Shown in pieces: positions 22,938 to 35,984 of a stretch of DNA of 64,000 bases. The position numbers and the translations under genes were made by a program. The notes below the pieces were generated by a model. It searched no databases. It saw only the letters and a list, made by a program, of their open reading frames with translations, and was not told the origin of the DNA. Source of the stretch: Alphaproteobacteria bacterium. Lineage in GTDB: Bacteria > Pseudomonadota > Alphaproteobacteria > GCA-2731375. The stretch covers positions 1,408,001 to 1,472,000 of the forward strand of contig CBDDPY010000002.1 in the NCBI GenBank assembly GCA_965232515.1. The letters are read 5' to 3'. Position 1 is the stretch's first letter, and the number at the start of each line of letters is the position of its first letter.

Positions 22938-25090
22938 TCGGCGTCGGCCGTTCGGCTGGCGAATATCGACCAGGGCCGGTCGCCGCGAACCTCAGCCACG
23001 CTCAGGCTTCGCGGCGCGCCGTTATCGAGCCATATGGCGTGGGCGCCGCGGCGCCATAGGTCGAACCGGTCGATGACCAGTTGCGCCGACGGACAGGTGC
23101 CGCGCACCGGCACGGCCGCGACCACGATATCGGCGCGGCGGCAATCTTCGGCAATGGCGCGCGGGTCCTTAACATAGGCAATGGTCGCCCCGTCGATGGC
23201 GGCGATGCAGCCGACCAGATCGCATTGAAATTTGCCATTTGCCGTCGCCGAGACGCCGGCACGGCGCAGCCAGGTCTCCGGCGTGAAGCCGTCGCTGCGT
23301 TTGCGGGTCAAGTGCAGCTCTCCCGTGCCATCCTTGACCGCGGCGAGCTTTCCTTCGGCATCGATCAGAATGTCGGGCGGCCGGGCAAGGATAGCCAGCA
23401 ATGGGCCGATCAGCGCCACCGGCAGCCCAAGCCAGCGCCATCCACGTCGCCAAAGGCACAGCCAGAGCCCGCCGAGCGCCACCACGGCCAGCGCCGGCGG
23501 CGGCGCCGATGGCAGCAGGTGCACGGCGCCCGGCCAGGCCGCCACGGTCTCGGCCGCGGCGATCACCAGATCGATACCCCACCCCATGGCGCCGAGTGCA
23601 AGCCCCTCCAGGCCGAACGGCAGCAGCACGAAGGCCAACACCGCCCATGGCATGATCCAAAAGCCCATCAGCGGCACGGCGACCAGGTTCGCGGCGAGCG
23701 CGTAGTGTACGACCCGGTTGAAGTGATAGAGCGCGAACGGCGTCGTCGCCAGGCTGGCGATCACGGTGGTCAGCGAAACTCCACCGACGTAGAGCATCAC
23801 CCGACGATGCAGGCCGGCATTCGACCGCCAGGCCGTGAACCGGCCACGCAGCGCCTCGTAGCCGGCAATCAGGGCGACAACGGCGGCGAACGACATCTGA
23901 AAGCTGACCGACAGCAGGCTTTCGGGCGTCAGCAACAGGATCAGCCCCGCGGCCCAGGCGACCAGACGCATCGACAACGCGCTGCGGTCCAGCATGACCG
24001 CCAGCAATACCAGCGCGGTCATGAGGAAGGCCCGCTGGGTCGGCACTGTCGCGCCGGACAGCAGGAGATAACCTGCCGCCGCAAATAGCGCCGCCACGGC
24101 GGCCCATTTCTTGATCGGATAGCGGAGCGCCACGGGCTCAATCATGGCCAGCATGCCGCGGCAGGCGAAGAAGACGATGCCCGCCACCATGCCGATATGC
24201 AGACCCGATATCGCCAGCAGGTGGGCTAAGCCCGAATCCCGCATGGCATCCAGCACATGTTCGGGGATGGCCCCCCGATCGCCCGTCATCAGGGCTGCCG
24301 CGACGGCGCCCGACGAACCCGGCAACGCAGTTCGCACCCGGTCGGCAATCGCTTGACGCAGGCCGGCGACACGCGCGCTCCAACTCACCGACGCCGCGTC
24401 CGATGGCGGCGCCAGGATTCGTGGCGCCGAAACCGCGTAGCCGACGGCGCCCAGCCGCTGAAACCAGGCCCGGCGGGCGAAATCGAACGCGCCGGGCGCG
24501 GCCGGTCCAGGCGGCGGCAGCAGGACGGCGCGCAAGGTCAGCCAATCGCCGGCCACCACCACGTCACCCGCCGCCGACCGCACCACGACACGCACCCGAT
24601 GAGGTGTTTTCTCGGTGGCCAGCCGGTCGATGCCGAGGTCCTCGAGCGTCAGTCGCCGCCCGGTGGGTCGGGCCTCGACCGCAACGACCCGACCCGAGAC
24701 CGCCACCGGTCCCAGACGCTTCGACTGCACCGGCGCGGCAACGGTTTCCGTACGCCACTGCGCGGCCGAGAAGCCAAGCCAGATCATCGCCCCGGCGATC
24801 AGGATGAGGGACAATGACGGCCGCGACCGGCAAATGAGCCAGACGCCTGCCGTTATGGCCATGCCGACGATGCCCAGCCAAGTCGGCGGCTCGGTGGCCA
24901 GGCTGAAATAGACCGCGATGCCGATGCCGATCAGCACAGGCAACCATAGCGGCCAACGCTCGCGCTCGGACAGGAACAGAGACAGCAGCGTGCGGATTGC
25001 CCGACCTGGGCGGACCGTCGCTGGCCCGGCTGCAAGCCCTCCCTGACGGTCCACCACGGCCTTCCCCCCACCGGTCGCAACACGGGCCAC
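22934..25090 (-). CDS. comEC: ComEC/Rec2 competence channel protein
   Basis: [44 protein letters not shown]; start uncertain. Confidence 0.92.
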   Translation of the reverse strand: MARVATGGGKAVVDRQGGLAAGPATVRPGRAIRTLLSLFLSERERWPLWLPVLIGIGIAVYFSLATEPPTWLGIVGMAITAGVWLICRSRPSLSLILIAGAMIWLGFSAAQWRTETVAAPVQSKRLGPVAVSGRVVAVEARPTGRRLTLEDLGIDRLATEKTPHRVRVVVRSAAGDVVVAGDWLTLRAVLLPPPGPAAPGAFDFARRAWFQRLGAVGYAVSAPRILAPPSDAASVSWSARVAGLRQAIADRVRTALPGSSGAVAAALMTGDRGAIPEHVLDAMRDSGLAHLLAISGLHIGMVAGIVFFACRGMLAMIEPVALRYPIKKWAAVAALFAAAGYLLLSGATVPTQRAFLMTALVLLAVMLDRSALSMRLVAWAAGLILLLTPESLLSVSFQMSFAAVVALIAGYEALRGRFTAWRSNAGLHRRVMLYVGGVSLTTVIASLATTPFALYHFNRVVHYALAANLVAVPLMGFWIMPWAVLAFVLLPFGLEGLALGAMGWGIDLVIAAAETVAAWPGAVHLLPSAPPPALAVVALGGLWLCLWRRGWRWLGLPVALIGPLLAILARPPDILIDAEGKLAAVKDGTGELHLTRKRSDGFTPETWLRRAGVSATANGKFQCDLVGCIAAIDGATIAYVKDPRAIAEDCRRADIVVAAVPVRGTCPSAQLVIDRFDLWRRGAHAIWLDNGAPRSLSVAEVRGDRPWSIFASRTADAD

Positions 25091-25152
25091 GATGTGCTAG
25101 ACAGACGCCCGCTTCTCGATCATCGCACAGCCGATCCCGGACAGCATACCGC

Positions 25153-26562
25153 ATGACGGTCGTCACCCGCTTCGCCCCTTCGCCGACCGGCTTTCTGCAC
25201 ATCGGCGGCGCGCGCACGGCGCTGTTCAACTGGCTGTTCGCCCGCCACCATGACGGCCGCTTCCTGCTGCGCATCGAGGACACCGATCGGGCGCGCTCCA
25301 CGGATGAGGCCATCGAGGCGATCTACGACGGTCTGCGCTGGCTCGGCCTCGACTGGGACGGAGACGCGGTCTCGCAGTTCAGCCGCGTCGAACGCCATGC
25401 CGCCGCGGTCGAGGAACTGTTGGCGGCCGACCATGCCTACCGCTGCTACTGCACCCCGGAAGAGCTGGCCGAGATGCGAACCCGCGCCCGCGAGGAGGGC
25501 CGGACCCGCCTCTATGACGGCCGCTGGCGGGACCGCGATCCGGCCGAGGCGCCGCCCGGCGTCGATCCGGTGATCCGCCTGAAAATGCCGCTCGAAGGCG
25601 AGACGACGATCGCCGATGAGGTGCAGGGCGAGGTCACGGTGCGCAACGACCAACTCGACGACATGGTGTTGCTCCGCAGCGACGGCACGCCGACTTATAT
25701 GCTTGCCGTGGTCGTCGACGACCACGATATGGGCGTCACCCACGTCATTCGCGGCGACGATCACTTCACCAACGCCTTTCGCCAGACCCAGCTGTTCCAT
25801 GCCCTGAGCTGGGAACCGCCCGTCTTCGCGCATATCCCGCTCATTCACGGACCGGACGGCGCCAAGCTCTCGAAACGCCACGGCGCGCTGGCGGTCCAGG
25901 CCTACCGCGACATGGGCTACCTGCCCGCCGCGATGCGTAATTACCTGCTGCGCCTGGGCTGGAGCCATGGCGATGACGAGATTATCTCGACGGCCCAGGC
26001 GGTCGATTGGTTCGGTCTGGAGGCCGTCGGCAAGTCCCCCGCCCGGTTCGATTTCGCCAAGCTCGAGAGCGTGAATGCCCACTACCTCAAGACGGCCGAC
26101 GATGCCGCCCTGGTCGACCTGGCGGCGCCCCTGCTGGCCGAGCGTCTCGGACATGACCCGGACGAGGCTGCCCGGGTCCGGTTGCTGGCGGCCATGCCAG
26201 CGGTGAAAGAGCGGGCGAAGACCTTGGTCGATCTGGCCGACGGCGCCTGGTTTTGCGTCGCGCCCCGGCCGCTGCAGCCGGATGAGAAGGCGGAGAAGCT
26301 GCTGACGGCGGAGTCGCGGCCGTTGCTGAGCCGTCTGGCGGACAATCTCGCCGGCATCCCTGAATGGTCGGTCGCCGCTCTCGAGGCGGTCGTCCGCGAT
26401 ACGGCAGAAACCGAAGGTGTAAAACTCGGGAAAATTGCACAACCATTGCGTGCTGCATTGACCGGACGAACCGCGTCACCGGGAATCTTTGATGTCCTGG
26501 CCGCGCTCGGGCGCGACGAGAGCCTGGGTCGGCTTGCCGACGCCGCCGGGAAATCGCGTTAA
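25153..26562 (+). CDS. gltX: glutamate-tRNA ligase
   Basis: [33 protein letters not shown]. Confidence 0.97.
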   Translation: MTVVTRFAPSPTGFLHIGGARTALFNWLFARHHDGRFLLRIEDTDRARSTDEAIEAIYDGLRWLGLDWDGDAVSQFSRVERHAAAVEELLAADHAYRCYCTPEELAEMRTRAREEGRTRLYDGRWRDRDPAEAPPGVDPVIRLKMPLEGETTIADEVQGEVTVRNDQLDDMVLLRSDGTPTYMLAVVVDDHDMGVTHVIRGDDHFTNAFRQTQLFHALSWEPPVFAHIPLIHGPDGAKLSKRHGALAVQAYRDMGYLPAAMRNYLLRLGWSHGDDEIISTAQAVDWFGLEAVGKSPARFDFAKLESVNAHYLKTADDAALVDLAAPLLAERLGHDPDEAARVRLLAAMPAVKERAKTLVDLADGAWFCVAPRPLQPDEKAEKLLTAESRPLLSRLADNLAGIPEWSVAALEAVVRDTAETEGVKLGKIAQPLRAALTGRTASPGIFDVLAALGRDESLGRLADAAGKSR

Positions 26563-26690
26563 CCACTTGCCGGCGCCATCGGCTATAATGGCGGCAACGA
26601 GGAAAGCGTGGCGGGGGGCGTCGCCGTGGCTGAACGGCTCTGACGCTGAAACCGGCCTCAAAATGATTGCCCGCACGGGAAAGGAGCAAG

Positions 26691-27992
<1,302 letters not shown>

Positions 27993-28093
27993 TATTGCAC
28001 CGATGAACGTCGAGTCGGCCCGTCTCCACCACCGCCGTCGGCTCGACGTCAGGCAATTGCGGGGTCGCGCATCCGCGGGAGGCGAAAGCTGAG

Positions 28094-28303
28094 ATGAGCG
28101 AGAGGCTGGCACAACGCCGCATCCGGCATGCTCAACCGAGGCAGACACCACGACCGATGCTGCCGGGCGAGATCAGACGGGTCCGGATCGGCCGCCCGGC
28201 GAATGACAACAAGAACGGCTTCGCGCTTCAGATGATAAGCGTCCTGAGCGCCGCGTTGCTTCTGGTGGCCGCCGGCGTCATGGCGGTGCATTTCCTGGCC
28301 TGA
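28094..28303 (+). CDS. small hypothetical protein with C-terminal TM helix
   Basis: Arg-rich N-terminus, PANDN, hydrophobic C-terminal helix; fills the gltA-gloA gap. Confidence 0.5.
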   Translation: MSERLAQRRIRHAQPRQTPRPMLPGEIRRVRIGRPANDNKNGFALQMISVLSAALLLVAAGVMAVHFLA

Positions 28304-28321
28304 CGCCGACGGTTCGCGGCG

Positions 28322-28768
28322 TCAGTTTCGCTCGATCAATTCGATCTTGTAGCCGTCGGGGTCTTCGACGAAGGCGATGACGCTGCCGCCATGCTTCATC
28401 GGGCCGGGCGGGCGCGGAATGTTGACGCCCTCGGCTTCGAGGCGCTCGCAAACCCCATAGATATCGGGCACGCCCACGGCGAGATGGCCAAAGGCATCGC
28501 CGAGATCATAGGGCTCTTCCTGACCCCAATTGTGGGTCAGCTCGATGACGCTGTTGTCCTCTTCCCTGCCATAGCCGACAAAGGCCAGCGTAAACTCTCC
28601 GGTCGGAAAATCCTTTTTGCGCAGCAGGTTCATGCCGAGCAGCCGGGTATAGAAATCGAGCGACTTGTCGAGGTCGCGAACCCGGATCATGGTGTGCAGC
28701 AGTCTGAACTTATCGGCGCCCGGCGTCGGGGTTTTGGCGTCGGCGCCGGAATCGGCAGTGATCGTCAT
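28322..28768 (-). CDS. gloA: lactoylglutathione lyase (glyoxalase I)
   Basis: LLHTMIRV, IELTHNWG, FGHLAVG, FVEDPDGYKIEL. Confidence 0.95.
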   Translation of the reverse strand: MTITADSGADAKTPTPGADKFRLLHTMIRVRDLDKSLDFYTRLLGMNLLRKKDFPTGEFTLAFVGYGREEDNSVIELTHNWGQEEPYDLGDAFGHLAVGVPDIYGVCERLEAEGVNIPRPPGPMKHGGSVIAFVEDPDGYKIELIERN

Positions 28769-28822
28769 GGCCATCCTCTGGAGCAATGAGTATCGGTTGT
28801 GTCAATGCTGCGCGGCCGCGAC

Positions 28823-29998
28823 CTATGGGCGTTTGCGCGGCCCTTGCGTGATTACTTTTAGCACGGCCTCGGCGGCCCGCAAACTCGGCGGCGGCCCGTC
28901 GCCGGCCAGTCGTCCGGCAACTTCCCTGGCGATGGCCTGCTGCCGGCAGTGAGCCCTACCGTCGGCCAGCAAGCCTTGCAGCGTGGCGGCGATGCGATCG
29001 GGCTGACAATCGTCCTGCAGCAATTCGGGCGAGACCTCACGCTGAAGCAGGATGTTGACCAGAGATGCATGATCGACCCGGATAAGCCGCCGCGCCAGCA
29101 TGGCCGTCATCGGATTGATGCGATAGGCGACGACCGTCGGCAGGCCGGCAAGCGCCAGCTCGAGCGTCACGGTGCCCGATGCCGCCAACGCCGCATCGGC
29201 GGCCGCGAAAGCATCGTACTTCTCAGATGCCGGCGGCAGCATCACCGGCTGGCCGGGCCAGGCGCCGGCGCGCGCGCGGACCGCGTCGGTCACGGCCGGC
29301 GCGGCGACCAGAACCACGGCGAGACCCGGATCCGATCGACGCAGACGGGCAAGAGTCTCGGCATAAACCGGCATCAGCCGCGACACCTCGCCATGCCGGC
29401 TGCCGGGCAGCAGCACCAGCACCCGCGCGTCCGGCGCAATACCATGACGCCGGCGAAACGCGGCCCCATCGCCGCGGCCGGCGTCGGATTCGACGATCGA
29501 GTGCCCGACGACGGTACAAGGCAGGCCGTGCGGCTCGAAATAGGCGGGCTCGAAATCGAACAATGTCAGCAGATGGTCGAGCAGACCGGCGATCTTCGCC
29601 GCCCGGCCCGGGCGCCAGGCCCAGACCTGCGGCGCGACATAATGCACAAGGGGAATGCCCTGCCCGCGCAGACGCTGGGCCACGCGCAGGCTGAAGCCGG
29701 GCGAGTCGATGCTGACGACGACGTCGGGCCGTTCGGCGATGGCCGTCTCGGCAACCTGGCGGATACGCCGGAGCAACCCCAGTGCTCGCGGCAGCACTTC
29801 GAACAGGCCCATGACAGACAGTTCTTCGATCGGGAACAGGCTCGACAGCCCCTGCGCCGCCATGGCGTCCCCGCCGATTCCGGAAAAGCGAACCTGGTCC
29901 GAGGCACGTTGGCGTAGCGCCGCCATCAACCGCGCGCCCATGACATCGCCCGATGCCTCGCCGGCGATCAGCATGACGTGTGGGCCACCCGCGGTCAG
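28823..29998 (-). CDS. lpxB: lipid-A-disaccharide synthase
   Basis: IAGEASGD, SVMGLFEV, IDSPGF, HYVAPQVWAWR, LPGSR, ASGTVTLE; start either CTG 29998 (overlapping the lpxI stop) or ATG 29974. Confidence 0.95.
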   Translation of the reverse strand: MTAGGPHVMLIAGEASGDVMGARLMAALRQRASDQVRFSGIGGDAMAAQGLSSLFPIEELSVMGLFEVLPRALGLLRRIRQVAETAIAERPDVVVSIDSPGFSLRVAQRLRGQGIPLVHYVAPQVWAWRPGRAAKIAGLLDHLLTLFDFEPAYFEPHGLPCTVVGHSIVESDAGRGDGAAFRRRHGIAPDARVLVLLPGSRHGEVSRLMPVYAETLARLRRSDPGLAVVLVAAPAVTDAVRARAGAWPGQPVMLPPASEKYDAFAAADAALAASGTVTLELALAGLPTVVAYRINPMTAMLARRLIRVDHASLVNILLQREVSPELLQDDCQPDRIAATLQGLLADGRAHCRQQAIAREVAGRLAGDGPPPSLRAAEAVLKVITQGPRKRP

Positions 29999-30825
29999 GA
30001 TGCGGCCTCCGGATCGATGCCGGTCACGAACAGGCCAACGGCGTCGGCCCGCGTGACCACGGCCTCGCGGTCGACCACCAGCGCTCCCCCCGCCTCGACC
30101 GCAATGCCGTGAAGGCCCGCGGCAATTGCGCGCTCGACCGTCGACACGCCAATGGTCGGCAGGTCGACCCGCCGTTCCTGCCCCGGCTTCGGCAGTTTCA
30201 CCAACACGCCCCCGGTCGTGTCGCCCTTCAGCTCGGCGCAGCGCGCCAGCATCGCGTCGGTGCCCTCGGCCGCTTCGACGGCCAGCACCAAGCCGTCTCG
30301 CACCACGGCTGCCTGTCCGACGTCGACGGCGCCCAACGCGCGCACCACCGCGACACCGCGCGCAATGTCCGCCAGATCGTCCGTTGCCGGGCCGTGCGCG
30401 CCCAGGTCGCCCATCGGCGCCGCCATTTCGGTCAAGATCTCGTCGGCGCCAACAACGCGAAAGCCTTCCTGCTCGAGGAACTGAACCACGACCGTCAGCA
30501 GCGCATCGTCGCCCTGCCGCGCCGCCCGCACGATCTTCGGCAGCAGCTTGACGCCGCGCCAATCGGGCTTGAGCGCCGAGAATTGCGGGCGATGCAAAGG
30601 GCCGATCAGCACGACCTCTTCGCAGGCGGCCGACTTCAGGGCGTCAACCGTGCCACCGACGGCGGCGAGATCACGCCAGGCATGATCGCAGTCATCGACG
30701 GTTGCGGGATCGGTCTCGCCATTGAAGGCGATGACAAAGACGTCGCGCCCCGTTGCCCGACAGGCCGAAATCAGGCGGGCAGGAATTTCGCCGCTGCCCG
30801 CCAGAATACCAAGCTTAGGCGCCAC
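29995..30825 (-). CDS. lpxI: UDP-2,3-diacylglucosamine pyrophosphatase LpxI
   Basis: [44 protein letters not shown]; GTG start 30825. Confidence 0.93.
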   Translation of the reverse strand: MAPKLGILAGSGEIPARLISACRATGRDVFVIAFNGETDPATVDDCDHAWRDLAAVGGTVDALKSAACEEVVLIGPLHRPQFSALKPDWRGVKLLPKIVRAARQGDDALLTVVVQFLEQEGFRVVGADEILTEMAAPMGDLGAHGPATDDLADIARGVAVVRALGAVDVGQAAVVRDGLVLAVEAAEGTDAMLARCAELKGDTTGGVLVKLPKPGQERRVDLPTIGVSTVERAIAAGLHGIAVEAGGALVVDREAVVTRADAVGLFVTGIDPEAAS

Positions 30826-31615
30826 GGCCGTTTTTCGGCTGACAGAGCGCGCGTGAGGAGTCCGTGCGAATGAACTCGACGATTTCCATGACCAGCGGAT
30901 TGTCATCGAACATCTTGGCGACGTCGTCGAGGCGTTCCTGAATCGTGCCTTCGGCCGCGAACAACAGCCGATAGGCGTTACGCAGGGCGTGGATCTGCTC
31001 GCGGTCGAAGCCTCGCCGTTTCAGGCCGACGATGTTGAGGCCGCTCAGATAGGCGCGATTGCCCATCACCGAGCCATACGGAATGACGTCGTTCTCGACC
31101 GCCGACATGCCGCCGACCATGGCGTGCTGGCCGATGCGCACGAACTGGTGCACACCGCTGAGGCCACCGACGATGGCATGGTCATGGACGATCACATGAC
31201 CGCCCAGCGTGACGTTGTTGACCAGGATCACGTGATCGCCGATCTGGCAGTCATGCGCCACATGGGCGCCGACCATGAACAGGCCGCCGTCGCCGATCCG
31301 GGTGATCCGTCCGCCGCCGTCGGTACCGGGGTTCATGGTCACGTGCTCGCGGATGATGTTGTCGACACCGATCGTCAGCTCGGAGTCCTCGCCCGCGAAC
31401 TTCTTGTCCTGCGGCGCAGCGCCGATCGAGGCGAACGGGAAGATCTGCGTGTTGGCGCCGACGGTCGTCCGTCCGGTGACGACGACATGGCCGGACAGCA
31501 CCACGCCATCGGCCAGCGTGACCTCGGGCCCGACAATGCTGTAGGGACCGATGCGCACATCGTCGCCGATGCGCGCACCGTCCTCGACGATGGCAGTCGG
31601 ATGAACTTCGGGCAT
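30815..31615 (-). CDS. lpxA: UDP-GlcNAc O-acyltransferase
   Basis: HPTAIVE, hexapeptide repeats, [20 protein letters not shown]. Confidence 0.97.
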   Translation of the reverse strand: MPEVHPTAIVEDGARIGDDVRIGPYSIVGPEVTLADGVVLSGHVVVTGRTTVGANTQIFPFASIGAAPQDKKFAGEDSELTIGVDNIIREHVTMNPGTDGGGRITRIGDGGLFMVGAHVAHDCQIGDHVILVNNVTLGGHVIVHDHAIVGGLSGVHQFVRIGQHAMVGGMSAVENDVIPYGSVMGNRAYLSGLNIVGLKRRGFDREQIHALRNAYRLLFAAEGTIQERLDDVAKMFDDNPLVMEIVEFIRTDSSRALCQPKNGRGA

Positions 31616-31624
31616 GGATCAGAC

Positions 31625-32092
31625 CTATTCGTCGAGGATCATCGCGGCGAACTTCGCCTCGGCCACAAGCTGTCCGTCGACCTTCGCCTCGCCCACGAAA
31701 CGCCAGACATTGCCGCGGCTGCGATCCTTGCTGACGTGAATGCGCATGACATCCCCCGGGGTCACCGGTCGCCGGAACCGGCAATTGTCGATCGACATGA
31801 AGTAAACCAGCTTGCCTTCCGCTTCCGCGCCCAAGGTGTGCACGACCAGGACCGCCGCCGTTTGCGCCATCGATTCCACGATCATCACGCCCGGCATGAC
31901 CGGCCGGGACGGGAAATGCCCTTGAAACTGATGCTCGTTGATCGACACGTTCTTGATGCCGACGGCGCTGGTATCGGCCACCAGATCGACCACGCGGTCG
32001 ACCAGCAGCATCGGATAGCGATGAGGGATCATCGCGACGATGCGGCCGATATCCGCGACATCCAACTCCTCGGCCGACAGCGTATCCGTCAT
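31625..32092 (-). CDS. fabZ: 3-hydroxyacyl-ACP dehydratase
   Basis: [29 protein letters not shown]. Confidence 0.97.
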   Translation of the reverse strand: MTDTLSAEELDVADIGRIVAMIPHRYPMLLVDRVVDLVADTSAVGIKNVSINEHQFQGHFPSRPVMPGVMIVESMAQTAAVLVVHTLGAEAEGKLVYFMSIDNCRFRRPVTPGDVMRIHVSKDRSRGNVWRFVGEAKVDGQLVAEAKFAAMILDE

Positions 32093-33117
32093 GGTTTCTC
32101 GTTCCTGTTCTGCGCCAGCCGCCGCAGCATGGCAATCTGTCTGAAAAACGTCTTATCCGGCACCGCCGGGGATCCGATCAGCCGCGCGCCCGGCGCCACG
32201 TCGTTGATAACACCGCTTTGCGCGCCGATCTGGGCGCCGTCGCCAATCGTCAGATGGCCGGCCATGCCGGCCTGGCCGCCGACCGCGACGAAATTGCCCA
32301 GCTTGGTGCTCCCGGAAATGCCCACTTGCGCCACGATGATGCAGCCGCGACCCAGGCGTACGTTGTGCCCGATCTGCACCAGATTATCAATCCAGCAACC
32401 GTCGCCGATCACCGTGTCCTGCAGCGAGCCGCGGTCGATCGTGGTGTTGGCGCCGATTTCGCAACCATCACCGATGATCACCCGGCCGATCTGGGGAACC
32501 TTGACGTGGCCGGCGGGATCGGGCGCGAAGCCGAAACCGTCCTGACCGATGCGGACGCCGGGATAGAGCACGACCCGATCGCCAATCAGGGCATGACTGA
32601 CGGTCGCGCCGGCGCCAATCCGGCAATTGACGCCAACGGTCACGCCGTCGCAGATCACCGCGTTCGGACCAATCCGGGTGCCGTCCCCGATCTCGACGGC
32701 GGCGCCGATGCTGGCGTTGGCGCCGACGAATACGCCGTCGCCAAGCCATGCGCTCGGATCGACCACCGCCGACGGCGCGATTTCCGCCGGCGCGTCGGAC
32801 TCGGGATAGAACGCCTGGGCGATCAGCGCATAGGCACGATAAGGCTTGTCGGCTAGCAACAACGCCATGCTCTCGGGCGCCCGGTCGGCGAACCGCGGAT
32901 GCACCACACAGGCGCCGGCGGCGCTCGCCCGATAGGCCTCGATATAGGCTGTGTTTTCGAGAAAGCTGATGCAGGTCTCGCCGGCCAGATCCAACGGGGC
33001 AACATCGCGCACAACCCGCTCCGCACTGGCCTTGTCGGCAATGTCGGCGCCGCTCAAGTCCGCAAGTTGCGTCAGGCTGAATGGCCCCTTGTTCTGGAAG
33101 AAACGCGGATCGGCCAT
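32089..33117 (-). CDS. lpxD: UDP-3-O-acylglucosamine N-acyltransferase
   Basis: [32 protein letters not shown]. Confidence 0.97.
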   Translation of the reverse strand: MADPRFFQNKGPFSLTQLADLSGADIADKASAERVVRDVAPLDLAGETCISFLENTAYIEAYRASAAGACVVHPRFADRAPESMALLLADKPYRAYALIAQAFYPESDAPAEIAPSAVVDPSAWLGDGVFVGANASIGAAVEIGDGTRIGPNAVICDGVTVGVNCRIGAGATVSHALIGDRVVLYPGVRIGQDGFGFAPDPAGHVKVPQIGRVIIGDGCEIGANTTIDRGSLQDTVIGDGCWIDNLVQIGHNVRLGRGCIIVAQVGISGSTKLGNFVAVGGQAGMAGHLTIGDGAQIGAQSGVINDVAPGARLIGSPAVPDKTFFRQIAMLRRLAQNRNEKP

Positions 33118-33119
33118 TG

Positions 33120-33680
33120 CTAGTTCGCCGGCTGAGGGACCTCGACGGTGGGCAGTTTTTGATCCAACTGCTGGATCACCTCGGGCGTGATATCGAGCGC
33201 CTTGGTTGCGAACATGATCTGCGATTTGTCGACCACGACGTTGACGCCCATCTTCGTGGTCAGGTCGGCGACGATCGGGATCAAGGCGTCGCGAACGTCC
33301 TTCATCGCCCTTTCGAACGACCGGTCCAACTGTCGCATGCGGTCCTGCACCCGCCGCTGCACGTCGATCACCCGGCGCTCGAAGGCCAATCGGCGCTCCT
33401 CGAATGCCTCGGGCGCCAGGATCGCGCGCTGGCCTTTCAGGTCTTGTTCTTCCTGGCGCAGCGCCTGCTCCTCACCGGCGATATCGGCCTGATAAGATTT
33501 GCGATAGCCCTCGATCTGCCGCCGGATATCCTTGGCCGCCGACGAATCGCGCATCACCATCTGGGAGTCGAGGACCGCGATCACGGCCGCCGGAATCTCT
33601 TGCGCGCTGGCAGTCTCAGCCGCACCGGTCCACGACGCGGCAAGCAGACACAGCGCCGCGGATAACGTCCGATACCGCAT
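33120..33680 (-). CDS. skp: OmpH/Skp periplasmic chaperone
   Basis: Signal peptide, IAVLD, coiled coil, [12 protein letters not shown]; between bamA and lpxD. Confidence 0.88.
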   Translation of the reverse strand: MRYRTLSAALCLLAASWTGAAETASAQEIPAAVIAVLDSQMVMRDSSAAKDIRRQIEGYRKSYQADIAGEEQALRQEEQDLKGQRAILAPEAFEERRLAFERRVIDVQRRVQDRMRQLDRSFERAMKDVRDALIPIVADLTTKMGVNVVVDKSQIMFATKALDITPEVIQQLDQKLPTVEVPQPAN

Positions 33681-35956
33681 CAGAACCTTGTGCCGAAGCT
33701 AAAGCGGAACAATTCTTCCTCGTCGAAATCTTCTTTTACGATCGGCTGGGCGATATCCACCCGGATCGGACCAAACGGCGAGCGCCAGGACAGACCAAAA
33801 CCGGCGGATACCCGTGTCGACTTGGTATCCAGCAGCGCCGGGCCGCTGACATCCGGATCGGTCAGCGTTCCGGCCTCGGTGAATACACGGCCAAGAATAC
33901 CAAGTTCTTCGGCGAACCCGAGCGGAAATCTCAGCTCGCCCGTCGCCACGTAGAACACGTTACCGCCAATGGAGTCATTGGTCGCGTCGTCGCGCGGACC
34001 GACGCCGCCGGCCTCGAACCCGCGGAAGCTCTCTCCGCCGAGGAAGAACCGATTGGTGACGCGAACATCCTGACTCAGCCCCTCGATATGCCCCCCCTTC
34101 AGCGAGATGCTGCCCACCAGGTCTTCGAACAACGGGTAGTAGTAGGCCCAGCCACCCGTGGTCTGGATGTATTTGACGCTGCCGCCGATGCCGGCGAACT
34201 CCTGCCCGAAACGAATGATATAGCCGGTGCTCGGCTCGAACCTGTCGTCGCGCACATCGTAGGCGAAGTCATAGCCCACCGCCGAAGTCGTCGCCTCGCC
34301 CTCGTCGAGACGGATGAACTCGGACGTATCGTCGTCGATGTCGCTGATATCGTCGCGACGCAGGGTGTAGCGCACGCTTTGCCGCAGGTTCTCGGTGATC
34401 GGAAAACCGGAGCGCAGCCGCAGGCCGGTTGATTCCTCATCGAATGACGACCGGTCCTGCTGGTCGCGCTCGATATTGAAGACATCGATGCCGGCGGCCA
34501 GGTTGCGGTCCAGGAAATACGGTTCGGTAAACGACAGGTCGATCTGCTGACGCCGGGCCGACACGCTGACCGACGCGCGCAGATCCTGGCCCTTGCCGAG
34601 CAGATTTCGCTCCCGGATGCTAACGTCGCCGATGACCGACTCCGACGACGATACGCCGGCGCCGAAACTGAGCTCGCCGGTCGAGCGCTCCTGCACGTCG
34701 ACGTTCACGATGACCCGGTCGGGCGCGGTGCCCTGGTCCTGCGTCACCTCGACCTTGTCGAAGAACCCGAGGCCGCGGATGCGCTGTCGCGACCGGCGCA
34801 GCTTGGCGGTGTTGAACGCGTCGCCTTCGACCAACCGGAACTCGCGGCGAACGACCTCGTCGAGGGTGCGCACGTTGCCGGTGATGTTGATCCGCTCGAC
34901 ATAGACCCGCGGCCCCTCGTTGATGTCGTAGGTGACGGCAATCTGACGGTTCTCGCGGTTTCGATCGATGCGCGGGCGAATGTCGACGAAGGCATAACCG
35001 AGCTCGCCCAGCGCGAAGGTGAGATCCTCGATGCTGTCCTCGATCTGCTCGGCATTGTAGGTCTCGCCCTCAGCCGTCTTCAGATAGATGCGCAGCGTTT
35101 CGGGGTCGAGGTTGCGCAGGGTCGACGTCACCGAGATCTCGCCGAAGCTGTAGATCTCGCCCTCGTCGACGGTAAAGGTAATGAAGAATGAATCCCGGTC
35201 TTCGGTCAGCTCCGCCACCGCGGACACCACGCGAAAGTCGGCATAGCCGCGCTCCAGGTAGAACTTGCGCAACAGTTCGCGGTCGAGCGTGAGCCGGTCC
35301 GGATCGTAGCTGTCGTCGCTGGTCAGAAACCGGTACCAGCGCGTTTCCTTGGTGATGACCGCCCGCTTCAGGCGGTCGTCGCTGAACGCCTCGTTGCCGA
35401 TGAAATCGATCCGCCGGATGCCCGTCAGCGGTCCCTCGTTGACCTCGAAGACCAGGTCGACGCGGTTCTGCGGCAGTTGGATGACCTTCGGCTCAACGGT
35501 TGCGGCGAACCGGCCGCTGCGCCGATAGACCTGCAACAGGCGCTGGACATCGGCCTGGACCCGGCTGCGCGTATAGACCACCCGCGGGCGTAGCTGCACT
35601 TCCTGCTCGAGCACGTCGTCGCCGATCCGCCGGTTCCCCTCGAACGCCAGGCGGTTGATGATCGGGTTCTCGACCACGGACACCACCAGCGCCGAGCCTT
35701 GCTGACGCACCGAAACGTCGGCGAACAAGCCCGTCGCGAACAGCGCCTTCAGAGCCCGGTCGGCGCGCGCGGGATCGTAGACCTCGCCCGGGGCCAGGCC
35801 CATATAGGAGCGGACGGTATCGGCTTCGATACGCTGGTTGCCCTCGACCCTGATCTCGCTAATAACGCCGCTGCCCGATTGCGCTTTCGCGCCTTGCGCC
35901 GCCGTTCCGATAATCAGGAACACTACGGCCAAGCCGAGCCTCAAGCTACGCAGCAC
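33680..35956 (-). CDS. bamA: outer membrane protein assembly factor BamA
   Basis: POTRA repeats (VEGNQRIE, GNVRTLDEVVRRE), FRGF loop, SPFGPI, C-terminal Phe. Confidence 0.97.
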   Translation of the reverse strand: MLRSLRLGLAVVFLIIGTAAQGAKAQSGSGVISEIRVEGNQRIEADTVRSYMGLAPGEVYDPARADRALKALFATGLFADVSVRQQGSALVVSVVENPIINRLAFEGNRRIGDDVLEQEVQLRPRVVYTRSRVQADVQRLLQVYRRSGRFAATVEPKVIQLPQNRVDLVFEVNEGPLTGIRRIDFIGNEAFSDDRLKRAVITKETRWYRFLTSDDSYDPDRLTLDRELLRKFYLERGYADFRVVSAVAELTEDRDSFFITFTVDEGEIYSFGEISVTSTLRNLDPETLRIYLKTAEGETYNAEQIEDSIEDLTFALGELGYAFVDIRPRIDRNRENRQIAVTYDINEGPRVYVERINITGNVRTLDEVVRREFRLVEGDAFNTAKLRRSRQRIRGLGFFDKVEVTQDQGTAPDRVIVNVDVQERSTGELSFGAGVSSSESVIGDVSIRERNLLGKGQDLRASVSVSARRQQIDLSFTEPYFLDRNLAAGIDVFNIERDQQDRSSFDEESTGLRLRSGFPITENLRQSVRYTLRRDDISDIDDDTSEFIRLDEGEATTSAVGYDFAYDVRDDRFEPSTGYIIRFGQEFAGIGGSVKYIQTTGGWAYYYPLFEDLVGSISLKGGHIEGLSQDVRVTNRFFLGGESFRGFEAGGVGPRDDATNDSIGGNVFYVATGELRFPLGFAEELGILGRVFTEAGTLTDPDVSGPALLDTKSTRVSAGFGLSWRSPFGPIRVDIAQPIVKEDFDEEELFRFSFGTRF

Positions 35957-35984
35957 AACTCCTCCCTTGGCGACGGGCCGGCTT

